The position numbers and the translations under genes were made by a program. The notes under the pieces were generated by a model. It was not told the DNA's origin. It searched no databases and saw only the letters and a program-made list of their open reading frames with translations. Below are positions 28,871-42,947 of a stretch of DNA of 64,000 nt, one piece after another (the first letter of the stretch is position 1; each line of letters opens with the position of its first letter). This DNA comes from Eledone cirrhosa (Eukaryota): positions 179,304,001-179,368,000 of the forward strand of contig OZ024740.1 of the NCBI GenBank assembly GCA_964016885.1, given 5' to 3'.

Positions 28871-29686
28871 GGATATATGTGGATATATTCATGTATATGT
28901 ATGTGTCCGCATGTATCTGTGTGTTTCTCTATATATTGTATATATATATATATATACATCTCACTCACTATGTCTAGTTTTGTAGTATCCCTGAAAACTT
29001 TACGCAAGAAATCAAGAAATTCACATAATCTTATTTTGCAACTTCGAGTATAATTAATAGTGCTTAATGGTCTCATCCTTTTGTTTTTAGCACACGAGGT
29101 GAGAGGGAATTGGCAAACTTTTATTCAAATGAAATTGTATTTACACTATTCACAACCTCAAGATTAAGCATATAGATGACACTACATTTTATTGTAGTGT
29201 CATGTATATGTTTAATGCTTATCTGTGCATTAATGCTTATAGTGACATAATGAAATAGGCAGCGACACAAAATTACAAATTTTAATAAGATTTGATGTAT
29301 GGCTAGGCAAATATATACATGCATAATAAATCTAATAAAAGATGGTTCAACATGAAAAGAGCTACTTATAAAGAAACAGAAATTTTTAATTAAAAAATTG
29401 TATTAAAATGTTTAAACGTAAATATATATATACACACACACAGACGTTCTAGTTCCCTGTGTTTTGGCTTGCTTCCTGCAGATACGCACAGCCAGAGTGA
29501 ACAGAGATTCATTTTTTCTAAATACCTCTACCCACCATAGTTTTAATGCACCACACCTCGTCCTCTGATTTGCCCTTCCCGCTGCACACAGTATATTGTC
29601 TCATCTAAGCGCCCAGAAATACTAAATGTTGTTTTAACGATACTTATTTGTCACCTATACACACACACATACACATACACATATAC

Positions 29687-29732
<46 letters not shown>

Positions 29733-29748
29733 CACACATACATGCATA

Positions 29749-29838
<90 letters not shown>

Positions 29839-30115
29839 GATGTCTTCTTCAACAGCATTCTAATAAATATTGCTTGTACAGGTAATCATAGATTATTTTG
29901 GACATCTTGTAATGTATATGTGTTCAATCGTCTTACGTTGTGGTGCAATAAGCTTTCCGTACATACATTATTCTTGTCTGTACGCATGCTGTTAGCAATA
30001 TGTATGCACTCATGTACTCCGTAGAAGGAAGATTAAATATTAGTTGATTACGTGTAACAATGATTACACTCATACACTTATACATATAAAATTCCATCGA
30101 GAAGGGGAGAACATA

Positions 30116-30171
<56 letters not shown>

Positions 30172-30452
30172 AGGAAAGCACGAATGAGGGATAAGTTTCC
30201 TTCGTCAGTTCTTTGCTGGAGATCATGGATATTTCTACGCATTAAAGACAAGATATCTAGCTCCAGTGCATCAATAACTCAAGGAAGTTATTGGGGAAAA
30301 AAAGAGAGAGAAAAAAAAATGTATAGATAGATAGATAGAGAGGGATATATATATTTATTAAAATAACAGATTAAAGTTTAAGCAAAGAATCGCTGCTTTC
30401 ACCCTTAACGCGATCTTCAAATTTATTATTATTACTATATATATATATATAT

Positions 30453-30496
<44 letters not shown>

Positions 30497-32289
30497 GCGG
30501 TAGAGAGAAAGAGAGACCACAACGCTTTGTTTTGTTTCTATCAATGGAACCGTTAATAAACATGCTGTTCCCAGTAGAACACGCTTGCTGAAGTGGAAGA
30601 GAACCTGACACCATGTAACTGAAAAGTGAAAACTGTACCTCTGTAAAGTTGGTTCTATCGATTAATCGTTTTGTCGTATATTTTGTTCTTTGTAATATAT
30701 TGCTATATATATTATTATTACGTCCTGAGTTCAAATTCCCCTGATGTGAGTTTTGCCTTTTATCCTTACGGGGTTGATAAACTAACGCACCAGTAAGGCA
30801 CTGGGGCCGGTTTAATTCACTTGCTACTCCGCTAAAATGTGTTGGCCTCCTGCATAATTCAGAAACCACGATTACCGCTGCTGCAACAATAATCATTCTG
30901 TTGTTTTTCCGGAATTGCTTACGTAGGATTGCATTATGAAGACATTACTTCCAATCTTTGTAGATCCTATAGTATGACGTAAGGGCGATTAGACTAGAGA
31001 TTTCAAAGATGCTTTTGCTTTTTCTATAATTTGATGTAGAAAGACGCGGGCCTTATCGCCGCTACCGTATTTTCACCGAGTCTTATATTATCGATGCTCG
31101 TAGTGTCTGTTGTTTTGCAGAGACAGTGTAGTCGGATTTACCGATTTTTAATATTTCCTCCTTAGTAGATCTTATTGCTCAAGTCATTTATTTCTTATCA
31201 GACGTTTTGCGTTAAATTCTCATTAATTTCTCATTTATCACATTTGCCCATTGCTGGTCTGAATCTCGCACGCATTCTTATTTTTTACGTTCTTTTAAAA
31301 ATGTTGGTAATGATGATGTTATTACCGTTCTTGTTACTACCGTTATAGTTACTATCATTGCTCTTCGTATTAAAATATTGTTCTTTTGTAATTGTACATG
31401 TTACTGCTATTTTGTTATTGATGTTGCCGTTATTGCTATTTTACCATTTTTGCTATTATTTAAATATTATATTTATATTCATACTTATCTACAATACATG
31501 CCAATTATCGTTTTCTGTTCAAATCCCGTCAGTTGATGTAATTTTTCTCCCGCCCCATCTCTCTATTTCTCTTTCTCTTTCAAGAAATCAAGACTAAGTT
31601 AGTTATTACTGTCCCTTACGTCTCTTTACCTCCGCAGATCAGATTTCACCAGATTCGGCGTTTCCTTTCGGGCTTGCACGGGTGACGAACTACTGCTGTC
31701 GATTTAATCAACTTTTCTAATCCGTGAATGTTTGACATTCATCCAATGCTGTGATCTTTGTCATAGCCTCTAATAGAGCCTGTGGCATGCATCGTGGCAT
31801 TCATTGAGACGTTGTGGACTCCATTCATATTTAATTCTGAATACAGACGATTTCATGGGGAAAGAGGAGACATGGAGAAAATGTGAGAGGTATGAAAGAA
31901 AAATAAATTCCACTCTATTTATCGAACTCGATAAGAAGAACGCCATAACTATCTTCTGTGTGATTTGCGTTCAGGATGGAAAAGAATAACACATACAAGG
32001 CATTTTATGCTATTCTTTTTGAATAACTAAGTAAATGTTCTATTGTATGTTCGTACTGTGCCCATGATAACTTTTAAGGAGTTCGCGTCTCTGAATAAAA
32101 GTCACTCTGTCGGTGACTTGTTCTGAATGCTAGAAACAGAATGGGCTCTAAAAGCCATTAAAACGGACCACGTTTTCAGTATATCACACATTAATATTAT
32201 TGCTATTTAGTACTATGTCAACCATGATCAGGAAAGCCTTTTGCCAAATATGATAAAAAACCGTGACCATTAAATAAATTATAGAAATA

Positions 32290-32480
32290 TAATTGTTTCT
32301 ACGTTTGGCACAAGGCCAACAATCACCCAGTGGATAACTGGTACTTTATTGTATCGATCCCGTAAGGATGAAAGGCAAAGTTAACCTCGGCGGGATTTGA
32401 ACTCAGAATGGCAAGGGCCGTAACTCTATACGTCAAAGCATAGCGTCCGACCCTCTACCAATTCTGCCAATCCACCGCCC
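32290..32480 (-). mobile_element. SINE family A, full length
   Basis: Reverse complement of 1-177 with a GGGCGGTGGATTGGCAG head (A-box-like). Confidence 0.85.
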
Positions 32481-33199
32481 TTGGATTATAGAAATATAAT
32501 GTTTGTAAGACAACAATCTGCGAAGTATTCACTGAGAAAGTTAAAATCAATTTAGGAAACCAGCAAAATATATTGTCGGTATATGTTTATATTGACATTG
32601 CTGCTGTTATTTAAAAACCATATAAATTCTGAGTCGATTAATATATTTCTTCGCTCAGTATATATCCCACATAAAAAGAATCACTATTAGCATATCTGTA
32701 ACTGTGAAATTATATACTGTATTATCGGTTATGATATCCACAAACATAATTCATTACTATGGTCTCCAGTATGTTATTAGGGTGAGGAATATTTATTCAA
32801 CAGAAAGTTTGTCTCCTATCGAAATTAATTTACCACGCGTTATGAAATTATCTAGCATTTTTTATCACAAATATATTAGTAAATATATTACGAATATATA
32901 CTTACATACATGTATGTATATATGTTTGTATGTAAATCTACTTAAAGGTAAAACGTGTTTCTACTGAAACACATTTGTTACTCTAACTTACATCTCTTCT
33001 CGTTCTCGTTCTCCCTCTCTTTCCCTCTGACTCTCTGTACATGCACACAACCACACATACCCTCACCCATACCATCACACACACATATATATATATATGT
33101 AGGGAGTGGGAGAGAAAAAGAAAGAAATATATTTAAAAAATGAAGATTAAATGAGACAGAAAACGTGCTGCTGTTATCTTCTTGAATTTCATGACTGGT

Positions 33200-34050
33200 A
33201 TTCCGGGTAATTGTATTTTGGTATTCCGGATAATTGTTATACACTGGAGCTAGTTCGGTTTTTTGTGTTTATTTATAGTGTCCATTGTCTGGTTTCTAAT
33301 ATTTTGTTTCATTAGGGCGTAATCTACGTTTGGCACTTCATTCTACAATTCAGTTTTCACGGATGTCATTATTTTTTTTCTTCGCTTTTTAAAATTATTC
33401 TACTGCATATATTTTCCCTGTGACCACCTCAGTAGTTGTTCTAATTCAAGGTTCATATAACCTAATTGCATAACGTTTTGCTGAACTGCGTTAAGTTATT
33501 CTAGAATTACTTATTCTTTGTTACTTATGAAATAGTGCTTTCAATATTTGTTATATATCATCGTGTCGATATCACCATTCCTGACCTGTTTCTCAAATGT
33601 GTCGCTCTGTTCAATTCATATACTTCTATTTCATACACGAAGTTATCGAGAATATTTTTGTGGAGATTGCATCTCCTAGATGATGTCTCTAAACTATTAA
33701 ATTACTTTTCGTGAGTACGTTTATTGTATCATCCTATTACTATTGGTATTGACATGCCTTCTTGCTGTTATCTGTTCACATATTTATCCTACTTGTACTT
33801 TAGATAAGCTTTTAGAAATTAATTTATCATATTATCTGAATGTGAAGCAACGCATTTCGTCTTTTGAGCAAACGTATATGATGTGAAATCTGTTTTTCTT
33901 TAGTGCAACAGGAGAAGCTGTTGACATTTCCCTAGGTTTTATTTGTATGAATATTATTCTCCCTTATGTCCCAAATGTGTTCTGATAAAGTCTTTCCATC
34001 TCTTTCCATCTGTTGTGTGTTGCGCTAGCTGCTCCAATGTATATTTTGTG
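33200..34050 (-). mobile_element. Heavily decayed LINE RT remnant
   Basis: Scattered motifs LSEHIWDIRE, LGDAISTKIF and YRHDDI in RT order, with many stops. Confidence 0.3.
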
Positions 34051-34249
34051 TGAATATATCTCTTGGAACATCTTTACTATAACATCCGACAAAACAACAT
34101 ATGATCAAGTAGCAGAATTATACCATCACCACCAAATAAATGAGAGAATCCCCCCCCCCCCCCTCCACACAAAAAAAAATTTACAATACATAACAAAGGC
34201 CACAAAATGAAACGTACACCAAACACACCAGAAAGAGAAATTATCTTGA

Positions 34250-34500
34250 CAGAGTCAATCTAAATATAGCAGGCCCCACCCCAAAGAAAACAACAAAAAT
34301 ACATAATACTAATCACCAAGTTCTGTTCACAACCTATTCAAGAAGAACACAATAACCATCAGCTACAACTGCACACGAAATGACGATTCATATCAGCTAA
34401 AGCATAAACAACCATATAGCTAAGAGCAGACAATCCACTACAAATTTCAGACACAACTATAACTGATCGAAACCATTCCCAATAAGCAGAAATTGTCTAA
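34250..34500 (+). mobile_element. Decayed PLE linker fragment
   Basis: VHNLFKKNTITISYNCTRN resembles YHNIINKNTIKLSYNTTPN of the 52-53 kb PLE ORF. Confidence 0.5.
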
Positions 34501-36311
34501 AACGTTTTCCAAGAGGGATAAAAGTACACCTCTTCACACGAATACACGCATACGCACACAAATAAACTCACATAAATATATAGATATGGCAAATTAGCAG
34601 AGTTGTTAGGCCGATGGATGGAATATTTCGCAGTAATAATTCCGGATCAAACCGACTCGATGTCAACTTTGCCTTTCTTCATTTCCAGGTTAATAAATAA
34701 CGTACTCATCCAGTATTAGCGTTAATTCTTCACTCGCCTTTTGCCTTTCCCTATTTCTCTTTCTCTATCTTATTTTCCCATTGCCTCTCTCTTATTTATG
34801 ACAGTACTCAGTCTTAACACGTACAATACAGGAAATAGTTCAAATACATACCGTCTTACGCAATATAGAGCGGAATGCCCGGCCTCTCTTCCGCTCTAAC
34901 AAATTATGTAACTGTAAAATTTAGAATAATAAAAAAGCTGAAGCGTATTTGAACTCACCATCCATTAGTGGTAGTCTAATAGCTTGTCTAATCATATATT
35001 AAATGTCAAAACAGAATCTAAATGAAAAACAATATATGGTGATAGAAAGACAGAAATTCATAATAGAAATGGTGAACGTGTGTTGAAATAGATTCCATCC
35101 GAATGTAACCTATCTAAAATCAAACTTGTGAGAAGCCGGTTATAATAGGGGAAATTTTCTGATACTTCAATCTAATATATCGCACACATGCTGTTCAGTT
35201 TTCATACAGAATACTTATGTATGTATTAAGGAATAAGATGCGTATATCGGTTAATCATGAATACTGGGTCGAAGCACAATAGTATAGGCTAAGGATAAGA
35301 TGACAGGAAATAGATAATTTTCTATCATTTTTGATTAAATTTGTGAAGGGTAAAATAAATTCTTTTTCATTCAGTAGCGAAAAATGAAATGAATCCTTAT
35401 TTTATACCTTTCGCTGATACATTTCAACATTCATTTTAGTACAATACTTTGGCTTGTATTGAGTTTGTAGTAGTAAACTCTATAGTGTATAGGTAATACA
35501 GGAAATACTCGAAGATTGCATACAGTTGGTGTAAACCAATGGGATGAACCACAAAGTAAAGTTAAGTTCCTGACATTTAATATACATGAACAATGCCTCC
35601 CTTTTTACAGATGTTTTACGGTCAATCCAGAGTACATCGCATTTTTGAGGCCGATAATGACAATTGCTGGATTTCAATGCATAGTAAATTACGTCAGTGA
35701 CCTCACTGGAAAAAAAGCCCTTCCTTTTCGGATTTCACACAAATGCTAACATGATTCATCGATATGTACGTATGTATGTGTGGGAGGAGGCCTGCGCACG
35801 TACTCTTTACTAAAATGCCCCAAACATCTTGCGTCTCATACAGCCGCGGACAGCCGAAGCTCAGCTCCTGGCTTTCTTGTGTCGGAAATGTTTGGAGCTG
35901 ACAAAGAAAAAGGGTAAATGTAAGTTACTGATTCCATAAAACACATTGCTGCAGGTACACAGAACTAGCCAGCCTTGGCTACAGTGTCTAATAGAAAGGT
36001 AACCTTGATTTAAAAGCCGAGATAGATGCGACTCCTTAATCGGCATTCTTCTATGAGAAGGAAACTCTGAATTGAAAAATGCAGTTTAAGTGATTACTGC
36101 TAATTTTGCTTCGGATTTAGAAGGTGACACTCGTGTTGTACAAGAGGTTGTTTATATAATCTATGGTGTACATGTATCTCTTTTGTAAACTTCTCAACTG
36201 TAATTCTATCTTACCAGACAATGCAGGCCGGGACTCTGAATTCCTGGCACCATACACACAGTTTTGCAATGAAATATGGGTGTAATATCTAAAGTAAATA
36301 ATCCATACCAT

Positions 36312-36503
36312 ATAATTGTTTCTACTTTTGGCACAAGGCCAGCCATTATCCAGTGCATTACTGGTGTTTTATTTTATCGACCTCGTAAGGATGAAATACA
36401 AAGTTAACCACGGCGTGATGTGAACTCAGACCATAAAGGGGCGTAACTCTATGCTGCAAAGCATGGCGTCCGGCCTCCTACCGATACTGCCAATCCACCG
36501 CCT
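36312..36503 (-). mobile_element. SINE family A, full length
   Basis: Same head, core and tail; TACCATATAAT on both sides (TSD). Confidence 0.85.
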
Positions 36504-36799
36504 TTTTTACCATATAATACGGTTGTATTATAGTTAGCATCACATCGCTTTATCAAAGAAAACTATAACCGTAAAATACACCGTTTATGATGATAATTAT
36601 GAGGGGATGTTGGTGATGATGATGATGTCGATAACAATGATGTTGTTGATGGTGAAGTGGAGGATGGTAGTGATGATGCCTGTGCTTGTGAAGATAGTTG
36701 GTTGTGGAAAGATTTCAGCAAAAACAGAAGTGATAGGAATTTTATTTATCTATGAATTTAGTAATGAGAAAGAATTCAAGAAATTCCTGTCACTGTTCG

Positions 36800-36845
<46 letters not shown>

Positions 36846-37779
36846 TGAACATCGTAATCATCCTTATTTTCTTTTTAGAAAAAAATTGCAAAATCAGTTT
36901 GTTGACAGATGTGTTAAAAAAATGCAAATATCGAAAAAAGAGCCTCACTCCCAAGAAACAAACTCACTCCCCACCCTATAAAAAAGAAAAAAAAAAGAAA
37001 AAATGCCACTCATCACTTATTAATTTTTCTCCATTTCACTTTAAGAAATCATTGATAAAATAACGTGCGGTTCTTCTTCTGAATAGTCTGCTATTAGTTC
37101 CCTATTTTTGATTGCTGTCATAAACTTGACACATGGCATTCCAGAGAAGAAACAGAAAAAAAAAGTCACTGTTGTGAAAAGGAATAATCTTAACAAAAGA
37201 AAAGTGGTAAAAAAATATAATGCTAAACTGAAAAAAAGAAGCAAACAAAAAATATTTCGCAAGTTAAATTGAGAAAGAGACCCATCCTCTCCAAAACCAA
37301 AACAACAACAATGCAAGTATACACACGCACACCCACAGATAAGTCTGTAATATTATATGAATAAAATATTGCATAATGAAAAGGAAATAAATAACTAAAA
37401 TGAATAGCCTGAAATATAGAAAATTGAATGGAATGCATATTAATAAAATAAATAAGTGTACAAAACTGATAATAATGAATACTATATTAGCCACAAGGGT
37501 GTGCAAATATAATACCTTATAGCGATAGAGGCACAATACAAGTAGAGCTGGACGGAGTTACATAAAAAGGACGGCAGAGTCAATGACGCTATATAATAGA
37601 GGGATTTCTTATTCATGTGGTTAATTATTTTTACTTATATTTCATTACTGCACTAGGACTAGATGAACACAACCACAAGAATATTGTCCGAACGAGGAAG
37701 AGCCGAACTCCCACTGTTATCGCCTTAAAAGTTGATATATGAAATCGTACTAATTTTAATGAAAACAAATCTATCATGT

Positions 37780-38170
37780 TAATACAATTTAATGGAAAAA
37801 GAAAAAGAAAATAGATCGAGAAGAAAGAATGGCATGCAAGATAAGAAGATATAAAAAAAACGGAAAAGAAAGTGAATGGCAAGGGCTCTAGTTCCACAGA
37901 AGAATGGTAAGGGGGGAGAGGAAGGGTGGTTGGGTACTGGGCCTAGGGCGCGCTGGTAATAGGAATGCGTCCCGCGGACAAGACCGCAAGAGCATTCCCG
38001 CGGACAATGGCCAACGACACTCGCTGCAACAGCCACCCCACTTCATGGGGCTCCTACTTCAGATAGGCCACCAACGTTCCGATCTAGTGGAGGAGCTCGT
38101 CAGTACGGGGTCTAAGGAAACCTGAGGTCTCGACGGTGACCGCTACGAAGAGGAAGTCGCCGGACAATCC
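37780..38170 (-). mobile_element. CRE-like non-LTR retrotransposon 3' fragment (restriction-like endonuclease C-terminus)
   Basis: FLFVAVTVETSG...WLLQRVSLAIVRGNALAVL, matching the CRE-type P.AVET.G...QR.S.A..RGNA motif. Confidence 0.7.
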
Positions 38171-39152
38171 TTGGTATTTGTTTATCTTCTTTTCCTGTGC
38201 ATATGAAATATGTATAACATTATTACAAATCACTCAACAATTAGCCCATGATATAATACAAAACATAGAAAACGTTTTGGCTTCCTCATACATACAGGTG
38301 GGAAGCCACAAGTTAAGCTGAGTCAGAACATTGCAAATCTTTGCTCGCCTCTCGGCCATTATATATGCTACAAGAATCAGCCAAATCAATCGGAAGCACT
38401 TTTTTCTGTGTTCATTCATAAAAGAACCACTATGATTTCGACAAATGTACCCTATTTTTTCATATAATTAGTTTGTAGTTAAACACGAAAGTTTATCACA
38501 CAGTTGCTCTCCGTAGCTATGCCGCATTTCCATGCCCCTCCATATATCTCGTAGATAAGTCTCTTCAAAATATCACAGTTTAATATGTAGTCGTATGGCT
38601 GTTTCAGACGATTGTGTATTTATAAGTGTCACACTGTTCCACCAATCGTTTATAGTCATTCTTATAGTGTTGATTATTTTGTTAAATTTTTTATGCGTTT
38701 CTACTTTGTAGCAACATAGCAGCTTGCATCATCTCTACAAATGTTCATCTTTAGAGTTGGAAGCTAAACCATTCTCTACTATATCTGGATGGGGAGAGGG
38801 TACCTCGGCGTCATCCGCTTCAGGAACATATATGGTCCTAGATTTTCTGCAAAACATAAGTAATATTGTGTTGAATAATAGGATTATATTGTTGTTTTCT
38901 TTTCGATACAGTATGTCTGAACACATATGAATGTATGGTAACTAAAGAAAGCCCTTATGATTACAATCCCATAAACTCAGAACTAACAGAGAGTTAAACC
39001 AAAACGCCATCCCCAGATCCATCATCACCGGCAACAACACCAATACCATCAACAACAACATGGATGCATAATAACATACCTTATTACGCATACATAGCGA
39101 CACAGACACATATATACGCGCATACACACATATAGACATACGTACACACATA

Positions 39153-39292
<140 letters not shown>

Positions 39293-40079
39293 TTAATACA
39301 ATAACAGAGATAGCTTAAAGCTAAACTCTGACTGGCTACCATCTCACTCAACAAACATTAGGTTATATGTTAGTATAACCCAATTTAAGTGTTTGGGGTG
39401 CTAAGTATATGTATTATATTGGAAAGCCAGTTGTATTATTTTATGAGATATAATTAAAGTTAAAATATATCTCTCTTTCCAAACAATTGTTTCATTATAA
39501 GTTTTCTACAAATTAGGAGAATGTTTCCAGTTTATGTAGAAGCCTAACATATATTCATGTAAGAATATATTTAGGTGGGCGCTTATAAATCATCAGTGGA
39601 AGCCCATTAAACTTTGATATAAGAAAAAATTCTTACCGCAGTTAAAAATCGTGTCTGCTCAGCTTCTCCCTCACGCATCGAATGACCGCCAAATTTGAAA
39701 TTCCAGCAGTTTTTGACTGAGGAAGTATTATAGCGTCACGAAGCGGGAAGGGGAGATAACTAATACACGAGAAAAGAAAAAATAATATTCACGTGGGTTA
39801 ATTAGTTTTTTCAAAAAACATTATCAATCCAACGTGTTAAGAACTCAATTGAAATTAAAAAAATAAATGCATGCGTGTATTAATTACACACGCATATAGA
39901 TATTTTCTTAGGCTAAAAACAGAAGTCGTACCCGAATAACAAACCGCATTTCATAACCGTAGTAAATTCGGAAAGTTACGCTTTAAAGGGCAATCGGGAA
40001 TGTAAATCTCTGGCCGAATTAAGAGTAAAATATTAAAATATATATATGTTTGTGTATGTATGTTCTTCTGGTTTTATAA

Positions 40080-40445
40080 ATTCACAAAAGTTCCCAATAG
40101 AGAGAGAGTCGGTTTCTAACATAGACACAGGACTCTCTCATTGGAATTTACACAACATCAACTAGATAGATTATGTATGTATGCATGTGTAGATATGGAT
40201 GTTATTGTATGTGTGGATGTGGATGTTTTGAGTTGTATATGTGCATGTATATATGCTTTGTATCTGTACATGTGTATATGCAGTTATTAGATGCACCATT
40301 TTTGGAATGTTTTACATATTTTTACTGTTCCATTAATGGATTGTACTTGTAGTTTCCTAACTAGTTGTGTTCTTTCTGTTCCTGTGAAGCCTAGCTTCTC
40401 AAGATTTGTATTGAGGCAGTTACTAACATATCCCAATGCCCCAAG
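40080..40445 (-). mobile_element. R4/Dong-like LINE 3' fragment
   Basis: ALGYVSNCLNTNLEKLGFTGTERTQLVRKLQVQSINGTVKICKTFQKW C-terminus. Confidence 0.55.
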
Positions 40446-41569
40446 TATGTATGTATGTATGTATGTATGTATGTATGTATGTATGTATGTATGTATGTAT
40501 GTATGTATGTATGCAAGTATGTATGTATGTCTATGATATCTCTTTTACTTGGTTGATGAACAGACCTGTAAATTAAACATTTGAAAACATTTTTGTAGAT
40601 GTCTATGGTGGGCATGGTTTCATATTCTAGTCAGTGTATTTTCTTGAGCCGTTTGATAAATGCGTTCATACTTTCAAGTAACCTGGGTAATGTTACGCAT
40701 TCATACTCAAGATGATCTAAGGTGAGAAGATATGTAAAATATCACTCATATGCCTGTGTAAAGATAAATATGATACACCTAATGTACAGAGGTCACAGCA
40801 TGTTTCATTTATCTCATTACACTCTTACAATGGTTGCTATAATATGCTGTTCTTTTAAATCATTAACGCCAGGAGTGCAGAGTGTAATGATACCTGTATG
40901 GATAAATTGTATCTGATGTGTTATGAATGTTATACGGAAATAATTTTGATCTCATTCAAAAATGTTATTAAGAAATAAGCAGTAGCTATTCAAGCAGAGC
41001 AACAGGATATATCCCAAATTCAATTTGAAGTCAATTTTAAACACACGTATCCACCCATCCAACCATCCATCGATCGATCCATCCATCCATCCATCCATCC
41101 ATCCATCCATACATACGTGCATACATACATACATTCGTACGAATATACATATATAATTATGTACTTATACATAAATACAGAAATAATACTTACATGAATG
41201 TACAAATGAATATAGATAAACTTGCATAATAAAGCATAGATGAGTTGGTTTCTATGTCACCCCATTAACGCCTATAGTTATATATCTGTGAATCTATTTC
41301 TCGCCCTCTCTCTCTATATATATATATACACGCACACGTACACATACACACACATTCACACACATATATAAATATATATGTATCATAAGAACAGATTAAC
41401 ATTTAAGCAAATAATCGCTGCTTTCACTTTTAACGGGATTTTATGAAAGTGAAAAAATTCAATCTGTGGACGCAGAAGTAAATATTTCAAAAATCGTTAC
41501 AACCGAAGGATAACAGGAAAACGATAATATGCACATATATTATTCATATATATATATATTATAAAATAA

Positions 41570-42380
41570 CAGGTGGCTGGACTGGTGTAATTCCTTAAAA
41601 GGTTTATTATACTATGATCATTTCAATGACCGGGTTCAGTATGAATCCGGTGACATCATCAGGTATTCGAAGTATAACAAAGGAATATAATAGACAAAAC
41701 TATGGACTGAAAATCAGAGACATGAGGGCGACCGAAGATTTAGCAGCTTCTATCCCGGTTGACCATACGGAATGACCAGTTCTATCCAATGGTGAACCAA
41801 CAAACCTAAATATATATATATAAATATATAAATTAATATGTATGTGATGAAACACAGATACCAACACATCTGTATATATATTGCGAAAGAAATATATATA
41901 CAGATGTGTTGGTATCTGTGTTTCATCACATACATATTAATTTATACACTGCTCAGGGGATATATTTTTCCTCATTCGAGCTGATTCCATTGTAAAAGAA
42001 TTCATTACCTTATTTATATAAATATATATATATTTATTTAGATTTATTGGTTCACCACTGGATAGAACTGGTCATTCCGTATGGTCAACCTCGATGTAAC
42101 ATTATGGAGAGCACTCGACGTAATGTAACTCACCCGTCTTCGTTTGTCTTGTTGGTGGTGCGAGTACAGAGGTGATTGATGGCGGTTGACCGGGTTGCTA
42201 GCTTCTAAATGGTCGGCCGCCCTCATGTCTTTGATTTTCAGCCCTATGGATTTTGTCTATTATATTCCTTTGTTATATTTCGAATACCTGATGATGTCCC
42301 CGGATTCATACTGAACCCGGTCATTGAAATGATCATAGTATAATAAACCTTTTAAGGAATTACACCAGTCCAGCCTCCTG
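41570..42380. mobile_element. PLE fold-back with nested inner palindromes
   Basis: Outer arms 41571-41747 / 42198-42380; inner arms 41757-41822 / 42025-42090 and 41827-41882 / 41893-41946. Confidence 0.85.
42284..42341 (+). ncRNA. Type-I hammerhead ribozyme; mirror copy at 41609-41666 (minus)
   Basis: ATAC-CTGATGA-TGTCCCGGATTCA TAC TGAACCCGGTCATT-GAAA-TGATCA-TA-GTAT. Confidence 0.8.
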
Positions 42381-42568
42381 AACCTAATAACAAATGTTTT
42401 GATAATCAAAAACGGAGAAAGCAGGTTTTGCTAACATCGATTTTTATACATTGTATAAAGATCCTTTATATATATGACAGGTGTGCTTTGCAAACACTTT
42501 TTTAGCATTTTCATCATATCGTCCAGCTCTACATGTATTATGCCTCTATCGCTATAAGGCATTATATT

Positions 42569-42611
<43 letters not shown>

Positions 42612-42702
42612 TATGCCTCTATCGCTATAAGGCATTATATTTGTATATATATATATATATATATACATGTATTATGCCTCTATCGCTATAAGGCATTATA
42701 TT

Positions 42703-42760
<58 letters not shown>

Positions 42761-42947
42761 AATATAATGCCTTATAGCGATAGAGGCATAATACATGTAG
42801 AGCTGGACGATATGATGAAAATGATAAAAAGTGTTTGCAAAGCACACCTGTCATATATATAAAGGATCTTTATAAAATGTACAAAAATTGATGTTAGCAA
42901 AACCTGCTTTCTCCGTTTTTGATTATCAAAACATTTGTTATTAGGTT
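42381..42947. repeat. ~190-bp inverted duplication across (TA)n with a triplicated 39-bp terminus
   Basis: 42381-42570 is the reverse complement of 42759-42947; unit CATGTATTATGCCTCTATCGCTATAAGGCATTATATTTG at 42532, 42605 and 42666. Confidence 0.95.

Noticed and set aside
42532-42758. CRISPR-like array (39-bp repeats with spacers)
   Set aside because: The spacers are pure (TA)n, the context is eukaryotic and there are no cas genes; treated as reiterated element ends
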